From positions 13,330,001 to 13,394,000 of the forward strand of contig OZ176052.1 in NCBI GenBank assembly GCA_964247055.1: DNA of 64,000 nt, in the 5' to 3' direction. The DNA is from Paragordius varius (taxonomy: Eukaryota; Animalia; Nematomorpha). The position numbers and the translations under genes are program-made. Under the pieces are notes generated by a model. The model saw nothing but the letters and a program-made list of their open reading frames with translations, ran no database searches and had not been told where the DNA came from. Shown here piece by piece: positions 11,201-25,450 of the stretch (position 1 is its first letter; every line of letters begins with the position of its first letter).

Positions 11201-12089
11201 AGTTTGACAAACTCTTTCATATCCGATTTTTACAACGATTCTTTAAAAATTAATGTATTAAACTAGTCGCATCAATACTCAAGTTAAACTTTGTCCTTAA
11301 AAATCGGATATTGGTCACCGGTGAACAAAATAATTTTTTATACATTCTCTTAGCAAGACTACATCAAAATATAGAGATAGTTTGACAAACTCTTTCATAT
11401 CCGATTTTCACAACGATACTTTAAAAATTAATGTATAAAACTAGTCGTATCAATAAGTCGCATCAATACTCAAGCTAAACTTTGTCCTTAAAAATCGGAT
11501 ATTGGTCACCGGTGAACAAAATAATTTTTTATACATTCTCTTAGTAAGACTACAACAAAATATAGAGATAGTTTGACAAACTCTTTCATATCCGATTTTT
11601 ACAACGATACTTTATAAATTAATGTATAAAACTAGTCGTATCAATACTCAAGTTAAACTTTATCCTTAAAAATTGGATATTGGTCACCGGTGAACAAAAT
11701 AATTTTTTATACATTCTCTTAGTAAGACTACATCAAAATATAGAGATAGTTTGACAAACTCTTTCATATCCGATTTTTACAACGATACTTTAAAAATTAT
11801 GGTATTAAACTAGTCGCATCAATACTGAAATTAAACTTTGTCCTTAAAAATCGGATATTGGTCACCGGTGAACAAAATTATTTTTTATATATTCTCTTAG
11901 CAAGACTACATCAAAATATAGAGATAGTTTGACAAACTCTTTCATATCCGATTTTCACAACGATACTTTAAAAATTAATGTATAAAACTAGTCGTATCAA
12001 TAAGTCGCATCAATACTCAAGCTAAACTTTGTCCTTAAAAATCGGATATTGGTCACCGGTGAACAAAATAATTTTTTATACATTCTTTT

Positions 12090-15000
12090 AGTAAGACTAC
12101 ATCAAAATATAGAGATAGTTTGACAAACTCTTTCATATCCGATTTTTACAACGATACTTTAAAAATTAATGTATTAAACTAGTCGCATCAATACTCAAGT
12201 TAAACTTTGTCCTTAAAAATCGGATATTGGTCACCGGTGAACAAAATAATTTTTTATACATTCTCTTAGCAAGACTACATCAAAATATAGAGATAGTTTG
12301 ACAAACTCTTTCATATCCGATTTTTACAACGATACTTTAAAAATTATGGTATTAAACTAGTCGCATCAATACTCAAATTAAACTTTGTCCTTAAAAATCG
12401 GATATTGGTCACCGGTGAACAAAATTATTTTTTATACATTCTCTTAGTAAGACTACATCAAAATATAGAGATAGTTTGAAACTCTTTCATATCCGATTTT
12501 TACAACGATACTTTAAAAATTAATGTATAAAACTAGTCGCATCAATACTCAAGTTAAACTTTATCCTTAAAAAATGGATATTGGTCACCGGTGAACAAAA
12601 TTATTTTTTATACATTCTCTTAGTACGACTACATCAAAATATAGAGATAGTTTGACAAACTCTTTCATATCCGATTTTTACAAGGATACTTTATAAATTA
12701 ATGTATAAAACTAGTCGTATCAATAAGTCGCATCAATACTCAAGTTAAACTTTGTCCTTAAAAATCGGATATTGGTCACCGGTGAACAAAATAATTTTTT
12801 ATACATTCTCTTAGCAAGACTACATCAAAATATAGAGATAGTTTGACAAACTTTTCATATCCGATTTTTACAACGATACTTTAAAAATTATGGTATTAAA
12901 CTAGTCGCATCAATACTCAAATTAAACTTTGTCCTTAAAAATCGGATATTGATCACCGGTGAACAAAATTATTTTTTATACATTCTTTTAGTAAGACTAC
13001 ATCAAAATATAGAGATAGTTTGACAAACTCTTTCATATACGATTTTTACAACGATACTTTAAAAATTAATGTATTAAACTAGTCGCATCAATACTCAAGT
13101 TAAACTTTGTCCTTAAAAATCGGATATTGGTCACCGGTGAACAAAATAATTTTTTATACATTCTCTTAGCAAGACTACATCAAAATATAGAGATAGTTTG
13201 ACAAACTCTTTCATATCCGATTTTTACAACGATACTTTAAAAATTATGGTATTAAACTAGTCGCATCAATACTCAAATTAAACTTTGTCCTTAAAAATCG
13301 GATATTGGTCACCGGTGAACAAAATTATTTTTTATACATTCTCTTAGTAAGACTACATCAAAATATAGAGATAGTTTGACAAACTCTTTCATATCCGATT
13401 TTTACAACGATACTTTAAAAATTAATGTATAAATCTAGTCGCATCAATACTCAAGTTAAACTTTATCCTTAAAAAATGGATATTGGTCACCGGTGAACAA
13501 AATTATTTTTTATACATTCTCTTAGTAAGACTACATCAAAATATAGAGATAGTTTGACAAACTCTTTCATATCCGATTTTTACAAGGATACTTTATAAAT
13601 TAATGTATAAAACTAGTCGTATCAATAAGTCGCATCAATACTCAAGTTAAACTTTGTCCTTAAAAATTGGATATTGGTCACCGGTGAACAAAATAATTTT
13701 TTATACATTCTCTTAGCAAGACTACATCAAAATATAGAGATAGTTTGACAAACTCTTTCATATCCGATTTTTACAACGATACTTTAAAAATTATGGTATT
13801 AAACTAGTCGCATCAATACTCAAATTTTGTCCTTAAAAATCGGATATTGGTCACCGGTGAACAAAATTATTTTTTATACATTCTCTTAGTAAGACTACAT
13901 CAAAATATAGAGATAGTTTGACAAACTCTTTCATATCCGATTTTTACAAGGATACTTTATAAATTAATGTATAAAACTAGTCGTATCAATAAGTCGCATC
14001 AATACTCAAGTTAAACTTTGTCCTTAAAAATCGGATATTGGTCACCGGTGAACAAAATAATTTTTTATACATTCTCTTAGTAAGACTACATCAAAATATA
14101 GAGATAGTTTGACAAACTCTTTCATATCCGATTTTTACAACGATACTTTAAAAATTAATGTATAAAACTAGTCGCATCAATACTCAAGTTAAACTTTATC
14201 CTTAAAAAATGGATATTGGTCACCGGTGAACAAAATTATTTTTTATACATTCTCTTAGTAAGACTACATCAAAATATAGAGATAGTTTGACAAACTCTTT
14301 CATATCCGATTTTTACAAGGATACTTTATAAATTAATGTATAAAACTAGTCGTATCAATAAGTCGCATCAATACTCAAGTTAAACTTTGTCCTTAAAAAT
14401 TGGATATTGGTCACCGGTGAACAAAATAATTTTTTATACATTCTCTTAGCAAGACTACATCAAAATATAGAGATAGTTTGACAAACTCTTTCATATCCGA
14501 TTTTTACAACGATACTTTAAAAATTATGGTATTAAACTAGTCGCATCAATACTCAAATTTTGTCCTTAAAAATCGGATATTGGTCACCGGTGAACAAAAT
14601 TATTTTTTATACATTCTCTTAGTAAGACTACATCAAAATATAGAGATAGTTTGACAAACTCTTTCATATCCGATTTTTACAAGGATACTTTATAAATTAA
14701 TGTATAAAACTAGTCGTATCAATAAGTCGCATCAATACTCAAGTTAAACTTTGTCCTTAAAAATCGGATATTGGTCACCGGTGAACAAAATAATTTTTTA
14801 TACATTCTCTTAGTAAGACTACATCAAAATATAGAGATAGTTTGACAAACTCTTTCATATCCGATTTTTACAACGATACTTTAAAAATTATGGTATTAAA
14901 CCAGTCGCATCAATACTCAAGTTAAACTTTGTCCTTAAAAATCGGATATTGGTCACCGGTGAACAAAATTATTTTTTATACATTCTCTTAGTAAGACTAC

Positions 15001-18000
15001 ATCAAAATATAGAGATAGTTTGACAAACTCTTTCATATCCGATTTTTACAACGATACTTTAAAAATTAATGTATTAAACTAGTCGCATCAATACTCAAGT
15101 TAAACTTTGTCCTTAAAAATCGGATATTGGTCACCGGTGAACAAAATAATTTTTTATACATTCTCTTCGCAAGACTACATCAAAATATAGAGATAGTTTG
15201 ACAAACTCTTTCATATCCGATTTTTACAACGATACTTTATAAATTAATGTATAAAACTAGTCGTATCAATAAGTCGCATCAATACTCAAGTTAAACTTTA
15301 TCCTTAAATATTGGATATTGGTCACCGGTGAACAAAATAATTTTTTATACATGATCTTAGTAGGACTACATATAAATATAGAGATAGTTTGACAAACTCT
15401 TTCATATCCGATTTTTACAACGATACTTTAAAAATTAATGTATTAAACTAGTCGCATCAATACTCAAGTTAAACTTTGTCCTTAAAAATCGGATATTGGT
15501 CACCGGTGAACAAAATTATTTTTTATACATCCTCTTAGCAAGACTACATCAAAATATAGAGATAGTTTGACAAACTCTTTCATATCCGATTTTTACAACG
15601 ATACTTTAAAAATTAATGTTATTAAACTAGTCGCATCAATACTCAAGTTAAACTTTGTCCTTAAAAATCGGATATTGGTCACCGGTGAACAAAATTATTT
15701 TTTATACATTCTCTTCGCAAGACTACATCAAAATATAGAGATAGTTTGACAAACTCTTTCATATCCGATTTTTACAACGATACTTTATAAATTAATGTAT
15801 AAAACTAGTCGTATCAATAAGTCGCCTCAATACTCAAGTTAAACTTTGTCCTTAAAAATCGGATATTGGTCACCGGTGAACAAAATAATTTTTTATACAT
15901 TCTCTTAGCAAGACTACATCAAAATATAGAGATAGTTTGACAAACTCTTTCATATCCGATTTTTACAACGATACTTTAAAAATTATGGTATTAAACTAGT
16001 CGCATCAATACTCAAATTAAACTTTGTCCTTAAAAATCGGATATTGGTCACCGGTGAACAAAATTATTTTTTATACATTCTCTTAGTAAGACTACATCAA
16101 AATATAGAGATAGTTTGACAAACTCTTTCATATCCGATTTTTACAACGATACTTTAAAAATTAATGTATTAAACTAGTCGCATCAATACTCAAGTTAAAC
16201 TTTGTCCTTAAAAATCGGATATTGGTCACCGGTGAACAAAATAATTTTTTATACATTCTCTTAGCAAGACTACATCAAAATATAGAGATAGTTTGACAAA
16301 CTCTTTCATATCCGATTTTTACAACGATACTTTAAAAATTATGGTATTAAACTAGTCGCATCAATACTCAAATTAAACTTTGTCCTTAAAAATCGGATAT
16401 TGGTCACCGGTGAACAAAATTATTTTTTATACATTCTCTTAGTAAGACTACATCAAAATATAGAGATAGTTTGAAACTCTTTCATATCCGATTTTTACAA
16501 CGATACTTTAAAAATTAATGTATAAAACTAGTCGCATCAATACTCAAGTTAAACTTTATCCTTAAAAAATGGATATTGGTCACCGGTGAACAAAATTATT
16601 TTTTATACATTCTCTTAGTACGACTACATCAAAATATAGAGATAGTTTGACAAACTCTTTCATATCCGATTTTTACAAGGATACTTTATAAATTAATGTA
16701 TAAAACTAGTCGTATCAATAAGTCGCATCAATACTCAAGTTAAACTTTGTCCTTAAAAATCGGATATTGGTCACCGGTGAACAAAATAATTTTTTATACA
16801 TTCTCTTAGCAAGACTACATCAAAATATAGAGATAGTTTGACAAACTTTTCATATCCGATTTTTACAACGATACTTTAAAAATTATGGTATTAAACTAGT
16901 CGCATCAATACTCAAATTAAACTTTGTCCTTAAAAATCGGATATTGATCACCGGTGAACAAAATTATTTTTTATACATTCTTTTAGTAAGACTACATCAA
17001 AATATAGAGATAGTTTGACAAACTCTTTCATATACGATTTTTACAACGATACTTTAAAAATTAATGTATTAAACTAGTCGCATCAATACTCAAGTTAAAC
17101 TTTGTCCTTAAAAATCGGATATTGGTCACCGGTGAACAAAATAATTTTTTATACATTCTCTTAGCAAGACTACATCAAAATATAGAGATAGTTTGACAAA
17201 CTCTTTCATATCCGATTTTTACAACGATACTTTAAAAATTATGGTATTAAACTAGTCGCATCAATACTCAAATTAAACTTTGTCCTTAAAAATCGGATAT
17301 TGGTCACCGGTGAACAAAATTATTTTTTATACATTCTCTTAGTAAGACTACATCAAAATATAGAGATAGTTTGACAAACTCTTTCATATCCGATTTTTAC
17401 AACGATACTTTAAAAATTAATGTATAAATCTAGTCGCATCAATACTCAAGTTAAACTTTATCCTTAAAAAATGGATATTGGTCACCGGTGAACAAAATTA
17501 TTTTTTATACATTCTCTTAGTAAGACTACATCAAAATATAGAGATAGTTTGACAAACTCTTTCATATCCGATTTTTACAAGGATACTTTATAAATTAATG
17601 TATAAAACTAGTCGTATCAATAAGTCGCATCAATACTCAAGTTAAACTTTGTCCTTAAAAATTGGATATTGGTCACCGGTGAACAAAATAATTTTTTATA
17701 CATTCTCTTAGCAAGACTACATCAAAATATAGAGATAGTTTGACAAACTCTTTCATATCCGATTTTTACAACGATACTTTAAAAATTATGGTATTAAACT
17801 AGTCGCATCAATACTCAAATTTTGTCCTTAAAAATCGGATATTGGTCACCGGTGAACAAAATTATTTTTTATACATTCTCTTAGTAAGACTACATCAAAA
17901 TATAGAGATAGTTTGACAAACTCTTTCATATCCGATTTTTACAAGGATACTTTATAAATTAATGTATAAAACTAGTCGTATCAATAAGTCGCATCAATAC

Positions 18001-19900
18001 TCAAGTTAAACTTTGTCCTTAAAAATCGGATATTGGTCACCGGTGAACAAAATAATTTTTTATACATTCTCTTAGTAAGACTACATCAAAATATAGAGAT
18101 AGTTTGACAAACTCTTTCATATCCGATTTTTACAACGATACTTTAAAAATTAATGTATAAAACTAGTCGCATCAATACTCAAGTTAAACTTTATCCTTAA
18201 AAAATGGATATTGGTCACCGGTGAACAAAATTATTTTTTATACATTCTCTTAGTAAGACTACATCAAAATATAGAGATAGTTTGACAAACTCTTTCATAT
18301 CCGATTTTTACAAGGATACTTTATAAATTAATGTATAAAACTAGTCGTATCAATAAGTCGCATCAATACTCAAGTTAAACTTTGTCCTTAAAAATTGGAT
18401 ATTGGTCACCGGTGAACAAAATAATTTTTTATACATTCTCTTAGCAAGACTACATCAAAATATAGAGATAGTTTGACAAACTCTTTCATATCCGATTTTT
18501 ACAACGATACTTTAAAAATTATGGTATTAAACTAGTCGCATCAATACTCAAATTTTGTCCTTAAAAATCGGATATTGGTCACCGGTGAACAAAATTATTT
18601 TTTATACATTCTCTTAGTAAGACTACATCAAAATATAGAGATAGTTTGACAAACTCTTTCATATCCGATTTTTACAAGGATACTTTATAAATTAATGTAT
18701 AAAACTAGTCGTATCAATAAGTCGCATCAATACTCAAGTTAAACTTTGTCCTTAAAAATCGGATATTGGTCACCGGTGAACAAAATAATTTTTTATACAT
18801 TCTCTTAGTAAGACTACATCAAAATATAGAGATAGTTTGACAAACTCTTTCATATCCGATTTTTACAACGATACTTTAAAAATTATGGTATTAAACCAGT
18901 CGCATCAATACTCAAGTTAAACTTTGTCCTTAAAAATCGGATATTGGTCACCGGTGAACAAAATTATTTTTTATACATTCTCTTAGTAAGACTACATCAA
19001 AATATAGAGATAGTTTGACAAACTCTTTCATATCCGATTTTTACAACGATACTTTAAAAATTAATGTATTAAACTAGTCGCATCAATACTCAAGTTAAAC
19101 TTTGTCCTTAAAAATCGGATATTGGTCACCGGTGAACAAAATAATTTTTTATACATTCTCTTCGCAAGACTACATCAAAATATAGAGATAGTTTGACAAA
19201 CTCTTTCATATCCGATTTTTACAACGATACTTTATAAATTAATGTATAAAACTAGTCGTATCAATAAGTCGCATCAATACTCAAGTTAAACTTTATCCTT
19301 AAATATTGGATATTGGTCACCGGTGAACAAAATAATTTTTTATACATGATCTTAGTAGGACTACATATAAATATAGAGATAGTTTGACAAACTCTTTCAT
19401 ATCCGATTTTTACAACGATACTTTAAAAATTAATGTATTAAACTAGTCGCATCAATACTCAAGTTAAACTTTGTCCTTAAAAATCGGATATTGGTCACCG
19501 GTGAACAAAATTATTTTTTATACATCCTCTTAGCAAGACTACATCAAAATATAGAGATAGTTTGACAAACTCTTTCATATCCGATTTTTACAACGATACT
19601 TTAAAAATTAATGTTATTAAACTAGTCGCATCAATACTCAAGTTAAACTTTGTCCTTAAAAATCGGATATTGGTCACCGGTGAACAAAATTATTTTTTAT
19701 ACATTCTCTTCGCAAGACTACATCAAAATATAGAGATAGTTTGACAAACTCTTTCATATCCGATTTTTACAACGATACTTTATAAATTAATGTATAAAAC
19801 TAGTCGTATCAATAAGTCGCCTCAATACTCAAGTTAAACTTTGTCCTTAAAAATCGGATATTGGTCACCGGTGAACAAAATAATTTTTTATACATTCTCT
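12090..19900 (+). repeat. Near-perfect tandem duplication of a 22-monomer unit (3995 bp)
   Basis: TTTGAAAC deletion at 12478 and 16473; CTTTTCAT at 12851 and 16846; GTCGCCTC at 15821 and 19816; ORFs at 15567 and 19562. Confidence 0.95.
13436..14890 (+). repeat. Nested 4-monomer (733 bp) tandem duplication inside the 3995-bp unit; also at about 17430-18885
   Basis: CAAATTTTGTCC 5-bp deletion at 13821 and 14554; 733 = 4x178 + 26 - 5. Confidence 0.9.
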
Positions 19901-21732
19901 TAGTAAGACTACATCAAAATATAGAGATACTTTGACAAACTCTTTCATATCCGCTTTTTACAACGATACTTTAAAAATTATGGTATTAAACCAGTCGCAT
20001 CAATACTCAAGTTAAACTTTGTCCTTAAAAATCGGATATTGGTCACCGGTGAACAAAATTATTTTTTATACATTCTCTTAGTAAGACTACATCAAAATAA
20101 TGAGATAGTTTGACAAACTCTTTCATATCCGATTTTTACAACGATACTTTAAAAATTAATGTATTAAACTAGTCGCATCAATACTCAAGTTAAACTTTGT
20201 CCTTAAAAATCGGATATTGGTCACCGGTGAACAAAATAATTTTTTATACATTCTCTTAGCAAGACTACATCAAAATATAGAGATACTTTGACAAACTCTT
20301 TCATATCCGATTTTTACAACGATACTTTAAAAATTATGGTATTAAACTAGTCGCATCAATACTCAAATTAAACTTTGTCCTTAAAAATCGGATATTGGTC
20401 ACCGGTGAACAAAATTATTTTTTATACATTCTCTTAGTAAGACTACATCAAAATATAGAGATAGTTTGACAAACTCTTTCATATCCGATTTTTACAACGA
20501 TACTTTAAAAATTAATGTATAAAACTAGTCGCATCAATAGTCAAGTTAAACTTTATACTTAAAAAATGGATATTGGTCACCGGTGAACAAAATTATTTTT
20601 TATACATTCTCTTAGTAAGACTACATCAAAATATAGAGATAGTTTGACAAACTCTTTCATATCCGATTTTTACAAGGATACTTTATAAATTAATGTATAA
20701 AACTAGTCGTATCAATAAGTCGCATCAATACTCAAGTTAAACTTTGTCCTTAAAAATTGGATATTGGTCACCGGTGAACAAAATAATTTTTTATACATTC
20801 TCTTAGCAAGACTACATCAAAATATAGAGATAGTTTGACAAACTCTTTCATATCCGATTTTTACAAGGATACTTTATAAATTAATGTATAAAACTTGTCG
20901 TATCAATAAGTCGCATCAATACTCAAGTTAAACTTTGTCCTTAAAAATCGGATATTGGTCACCGGTGAACAAAATAATTTTTTATACATTCTCTTAGTAA
21001 GACTACATCAAAATATAGAGATAGTTTGACAAACTCTTTCATATCCGATTTTTACAACGATACTTTAAAAATTATGGTATTAAACCAGTCGCATCAATAC
21101 TCAAGTTAAACTTTGTCCTTAAAAATCGGATATTGGTCACCGGTGAACAAAATAATTTTTTATACATTCTCTTAGCAAGACTACATCAAAATATAGAGAT
21201 AGTTTGACAAACTCTTTCATATCCGATTTTTACAACGATACTTTAAAAATTATGGTATTAAACTAGTCGCATCAATACTCAAATTTTGTCCTTAAAAATC
21301 GGATATTGGTCACCGGTGAACAAAATTATTTTTTATACATTCTCTTAGTAAGACTACATCAAAATATAGAGATAGTTTGACAAACTCTTTCATATCCGAT
21401 TTTTACAAGGATACTTTATAAATTAATGTATAAAACTAGTCGTATCAATAAGTCGCATCAATACTCAAGTTAAACTTTGTCCTTAAAAATCGGATATTGG
21501 TCACCGGTGAACAAAATAATTTTTTATACATTCTCTTAGTAAGACTACATCAAAATATAGAGATAGTTTGACAAACTCTTTCATATCCGATTTTTACAAC
21601 GATACTTTAAAAATTATGGTATTAAACCAGTCGCATCAATACTCAAGTTAAACTTTGTCCTTAAAAATCGGATATTGGTCACCGGTGAACAAAATTATTT
21701 TTTATACATTCTCTTAGTAAGACTACATCAAA

Positions 21733-21778
21733 ATATAGAGATAGTTTGACAAACTATATAGAGATAGTTTGACAAACT
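21733..21778 (+). repeat. Unique 23-bp direct duplication (out-of-register junction)
   Basis: ATATAGAGATAGTTTGACAAACT at 21733-21755 and again at 21756-21778. Confidence 0.95.
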
Positions 21779-21979
21779 CTTTCATATCCGATTTTTACAA
21801 CGATACTTTAAAAATTATGGTATTAAACTAGTCGCATCAATACTCAAATTTTGTCCTTAAAAATCGGATATTGGTCACCGGTGAACAAAATTATTTTTTA
21901 TACATTCTCTTAGTAAGACTACATCAAAATATAGAGATAGTTTGACAAACTCTTTCATATCCGATTTTTACAAGGATAC

Positions 21980-24900
21980 TTTATAAATTAATGTATAAAA
22001 CTTGTCGTATCAATAAGTCGCATCAATACTCAAGTTAAACTTTGTCCTTAAAAATCGGATATTGGTCACCGGTGAACAAAATAATTTTTTATACATTCTC
22101 TTAGTAAGACTACATCAAAATATAGAGATAGTTTGACAAACTCTTTCATATCCGATTTTTACAACGATACTTTAAAAATTATGGTATTAAACCAGTCGCA
22201 TCAATACTCAAGTTAAACTTTGTCCTTAAAAATCGGATATTGGTCACCGGTGAACAAAATAATTTTTTATACATTCTCTTAGCAAGACTACATCAAAATA
22301 TAGAGATAGTTTGACAAACTCTTTCATATCCGATTTTTACAACGATACTTTAAAAATTATGGTATTAAACTAGTCGCATCAATACTCAAATTTTGTCCTT
22401 AAAAATCGGATATTGGTCACCGGTGAACAAAATTATTTTTTATACATTCTCTTAGTAAGACTACATCAAAATATAGAGATAGTTTGACAAACTCTTTCAT
22501 ATCCGATTTTTACAAGGATACTTTATAAATTAATGTATAAAACTAGTCGTATCAATAAGTCGCATCAATACTCAAGTTAAACTTTGTCCTTAAAAATCGG
22601 ATATTGGTCACCGGTGAACAAAATAATTTTTTATACATTCTCTTAGTAAGACTACATCAAAATATAGAGATAGTTTGACAAACTCTTTCATATCCGATTT
22701 TTACAACGATACTTTAAAAATTATGGTATTAAACCAGTCGCATCAATACTCAAGTTAAACTTTGTCCTTAAAAATCGGATATTGGTCACCGGTGAACAAA
22801 ATTATTTTTTATACATTCTCTTAGTAAGACTACATCAAAATATAGAGATAGTTTGACAAACTCTTTCATATCCGATTTTTACAACGATACTTTAAAAATT
22901 AATGTATTAAACTAGTCGCATCAATACTCAAGTTAAACTTTGTCCTTAAAAATCGGATATTGGTCACCGGTGAACAAAATAATTTTTTATACATTCTCTT
23001 CGCAAGACTACATCAAAATATAGAGATAGTTTGACAAACTCTTTCATATCCGATTTTTACAACGATACTTTATAAATTAATGTATAAAACTTGTCGTATC
23101 AATAAGTCGCATCAATACTCAAGTTAAACTTTGTCCTTAAAAATCGGATATTGGTCACCGGTGAACAAAATAATTTTTTATACATTCTCTTAGTAAGACT
23201 ACATCAAAATATAGAGATAGTTTGACAAACTCTTTCATATCCGATTTTTACAACGATACTTTAAAAATTATGGTATTAAACCAGTCGCATCAATACTCAA
23301 GTTAAACTTTGTCCTTAAAAATCGGATATTGGTCACCGGTGAACAAAATAATTTTTTATACATTCTCTTAGCAAGACTACATCAAAATATAGAGATAGTT
23401 TGACAAACTCTTTCATATCCGATTTTTACAACGATACTTTAAAAATTATGGTATTAAACTAGTCGCATCAATACTCAAATTTTGTCCTTAAAAATCGGAT
23501 ATTGGTCACCGGTGAACAAAATTATTTTTTATACATTCTCTTAGTAAGACTACATCAAAATATAGAGATAGTTTGACAAACTCTTTCATATCCGATTTTT
23601 ACAAGGATACTTTATAAATTAATGTATAAAACTAGTCGTATCAATCAGTCGCATCAATACTCAAGTTAAACTTTGTCCTTAAAAATCGGATATTGGTCAC
23701 CGGTGAACAAAATAATTTTTTATACATTCTCTTAGTAAGACTACATCAAAATATAGAGATAGTTTGACAAACTCTTTCATATCCGATTTTTACAACGATA
23801 CTTTAAAAATTATGGTATTAAACCAGTCGCATCAATACTCAAGTTAAACTTTGTCCTTAAAAATCGGATATTGGTCACCGGTGAACAAAATTATTTTTTA
23901 TACATTCTCTTAGTAAGACTACATCAAAATATAGAGATAGTTTGACAAACTCTTTCATATCCGATTTTTACAACGATACTTTAAAAATTAATATATTAAA
24001 CTAGTCGCATCAATACTCAAGTTAAACTTTGTCCTTAAAAATCGGATATTGGTCACCGGTGAACAAAATAATTTTTTATACATTCTCTTCGCAAGACTAC
24101 ATCAAAATATAGAGATAGTTTGACAAACTCTTTCATATCCGATTTTTACAACGATACTTTATAAATTAATGTATAAAACTAGTCGTATCAATAAGTCGCA
24201 TCAATACTCAAGTTAAACTTTGTCCTTAAAAATCGGATATTGGTCACCGGTGAACAAAATAATTTTTTATACATTCTCTTAGCAAGACTACATCAAAATA
24301 TAGAGATAGTTTGACAAACTCTTTCATATCCGATTTTTACAACGATACTTTAAAAATTATGGTATTAAACCAGTCGCATCAATACTCAAGTTAAACTTTG
24401 TCCTTAAAAATCGGATATTGGTCACCGGTGAACAAAATAATTTTTTATACATTCTCTTAGCAAGACTACATCAAAATATAGAGATAGTTTGACAAACTCT
24501 TTCATATCCGATTTTTACAACGATACTTTAAAAATTATGGTATTAAACTAGTCGCATCAATACTCAAATTTTGTCCTTAAAAATCGGATATTGGTCACCG
24601 GTGAACAAAATTATTTTTTATACATTCTCTTAGTAAGACTACATCAAAATATAGAGATAGTTTGACAAACTCTTTCATATCCGATTTTTACAAGGATACT
24701 TTATAAATTAATGTATAAAACTAGTCGTATCAATAAGTCGCATCAATACTCAAGTTAAACTTTGTCCTTAAAAATCGGATATTGGTCACCGGTGAACAAA
24801 ATAATTTTTTATACATTCTCTTAGTAAGACTACATCAAAATATAGAGATAGTTTGACAAACTCTTTCATATCCGATTTTTACAACGATACTTTAAAAATT

Positions 24901-25450
24901 ATGGTATTAAACCAGTCGCATCAATACTCAAGTTAAACTTTGTCCTTAAAAATCGGATATTGGTCACCGGTGAACAAAATTATTTTTTATACATTCTCTT
25001 AGTAAGACTACATCAAAATATAGAGATAGTTTGACAAACTCTTTCATATCCGATTTTTACAACGATACTTTAAAAATGAATGTATTAAACTAGTCGCATC
25101 AATACTCAAGTTAAACTTTGTCCTTAAAAATCGGATATTGGTCACCGGTGAACAAAATAATTTTTATACATTCTCTTCGCAAGACTACATCAAAATATAG
25201 AGATAGTTTGACAAACTCTTTCATATCCGATTTTTACAACGATACTTTATAAATTAATGTATAAAACTAGTCGTATCAATAAGTCGCATCAATACTCAAG
25301 TTAAACTTTGTCCTTAAAAATCGGATATTGGTCACCGGTGAACAAAATAATTTTTTATACATTCTCTTAGCAAGACTACATCAAAATATAGAGATAGTTT
25401 GACAAACTCTTTCATATCCGATTTTTACAACGATACTTTAAAAATTATGG
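21980..25450 (+). repeat. 6-monomer higher-order repeat (1089 bp), about 3 copies
   Basis: CAAATTTTG deletion at 22387, 23476 and 24565; ACTTGTCG variant at 22001 and 23090. Confidence 0.9.
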
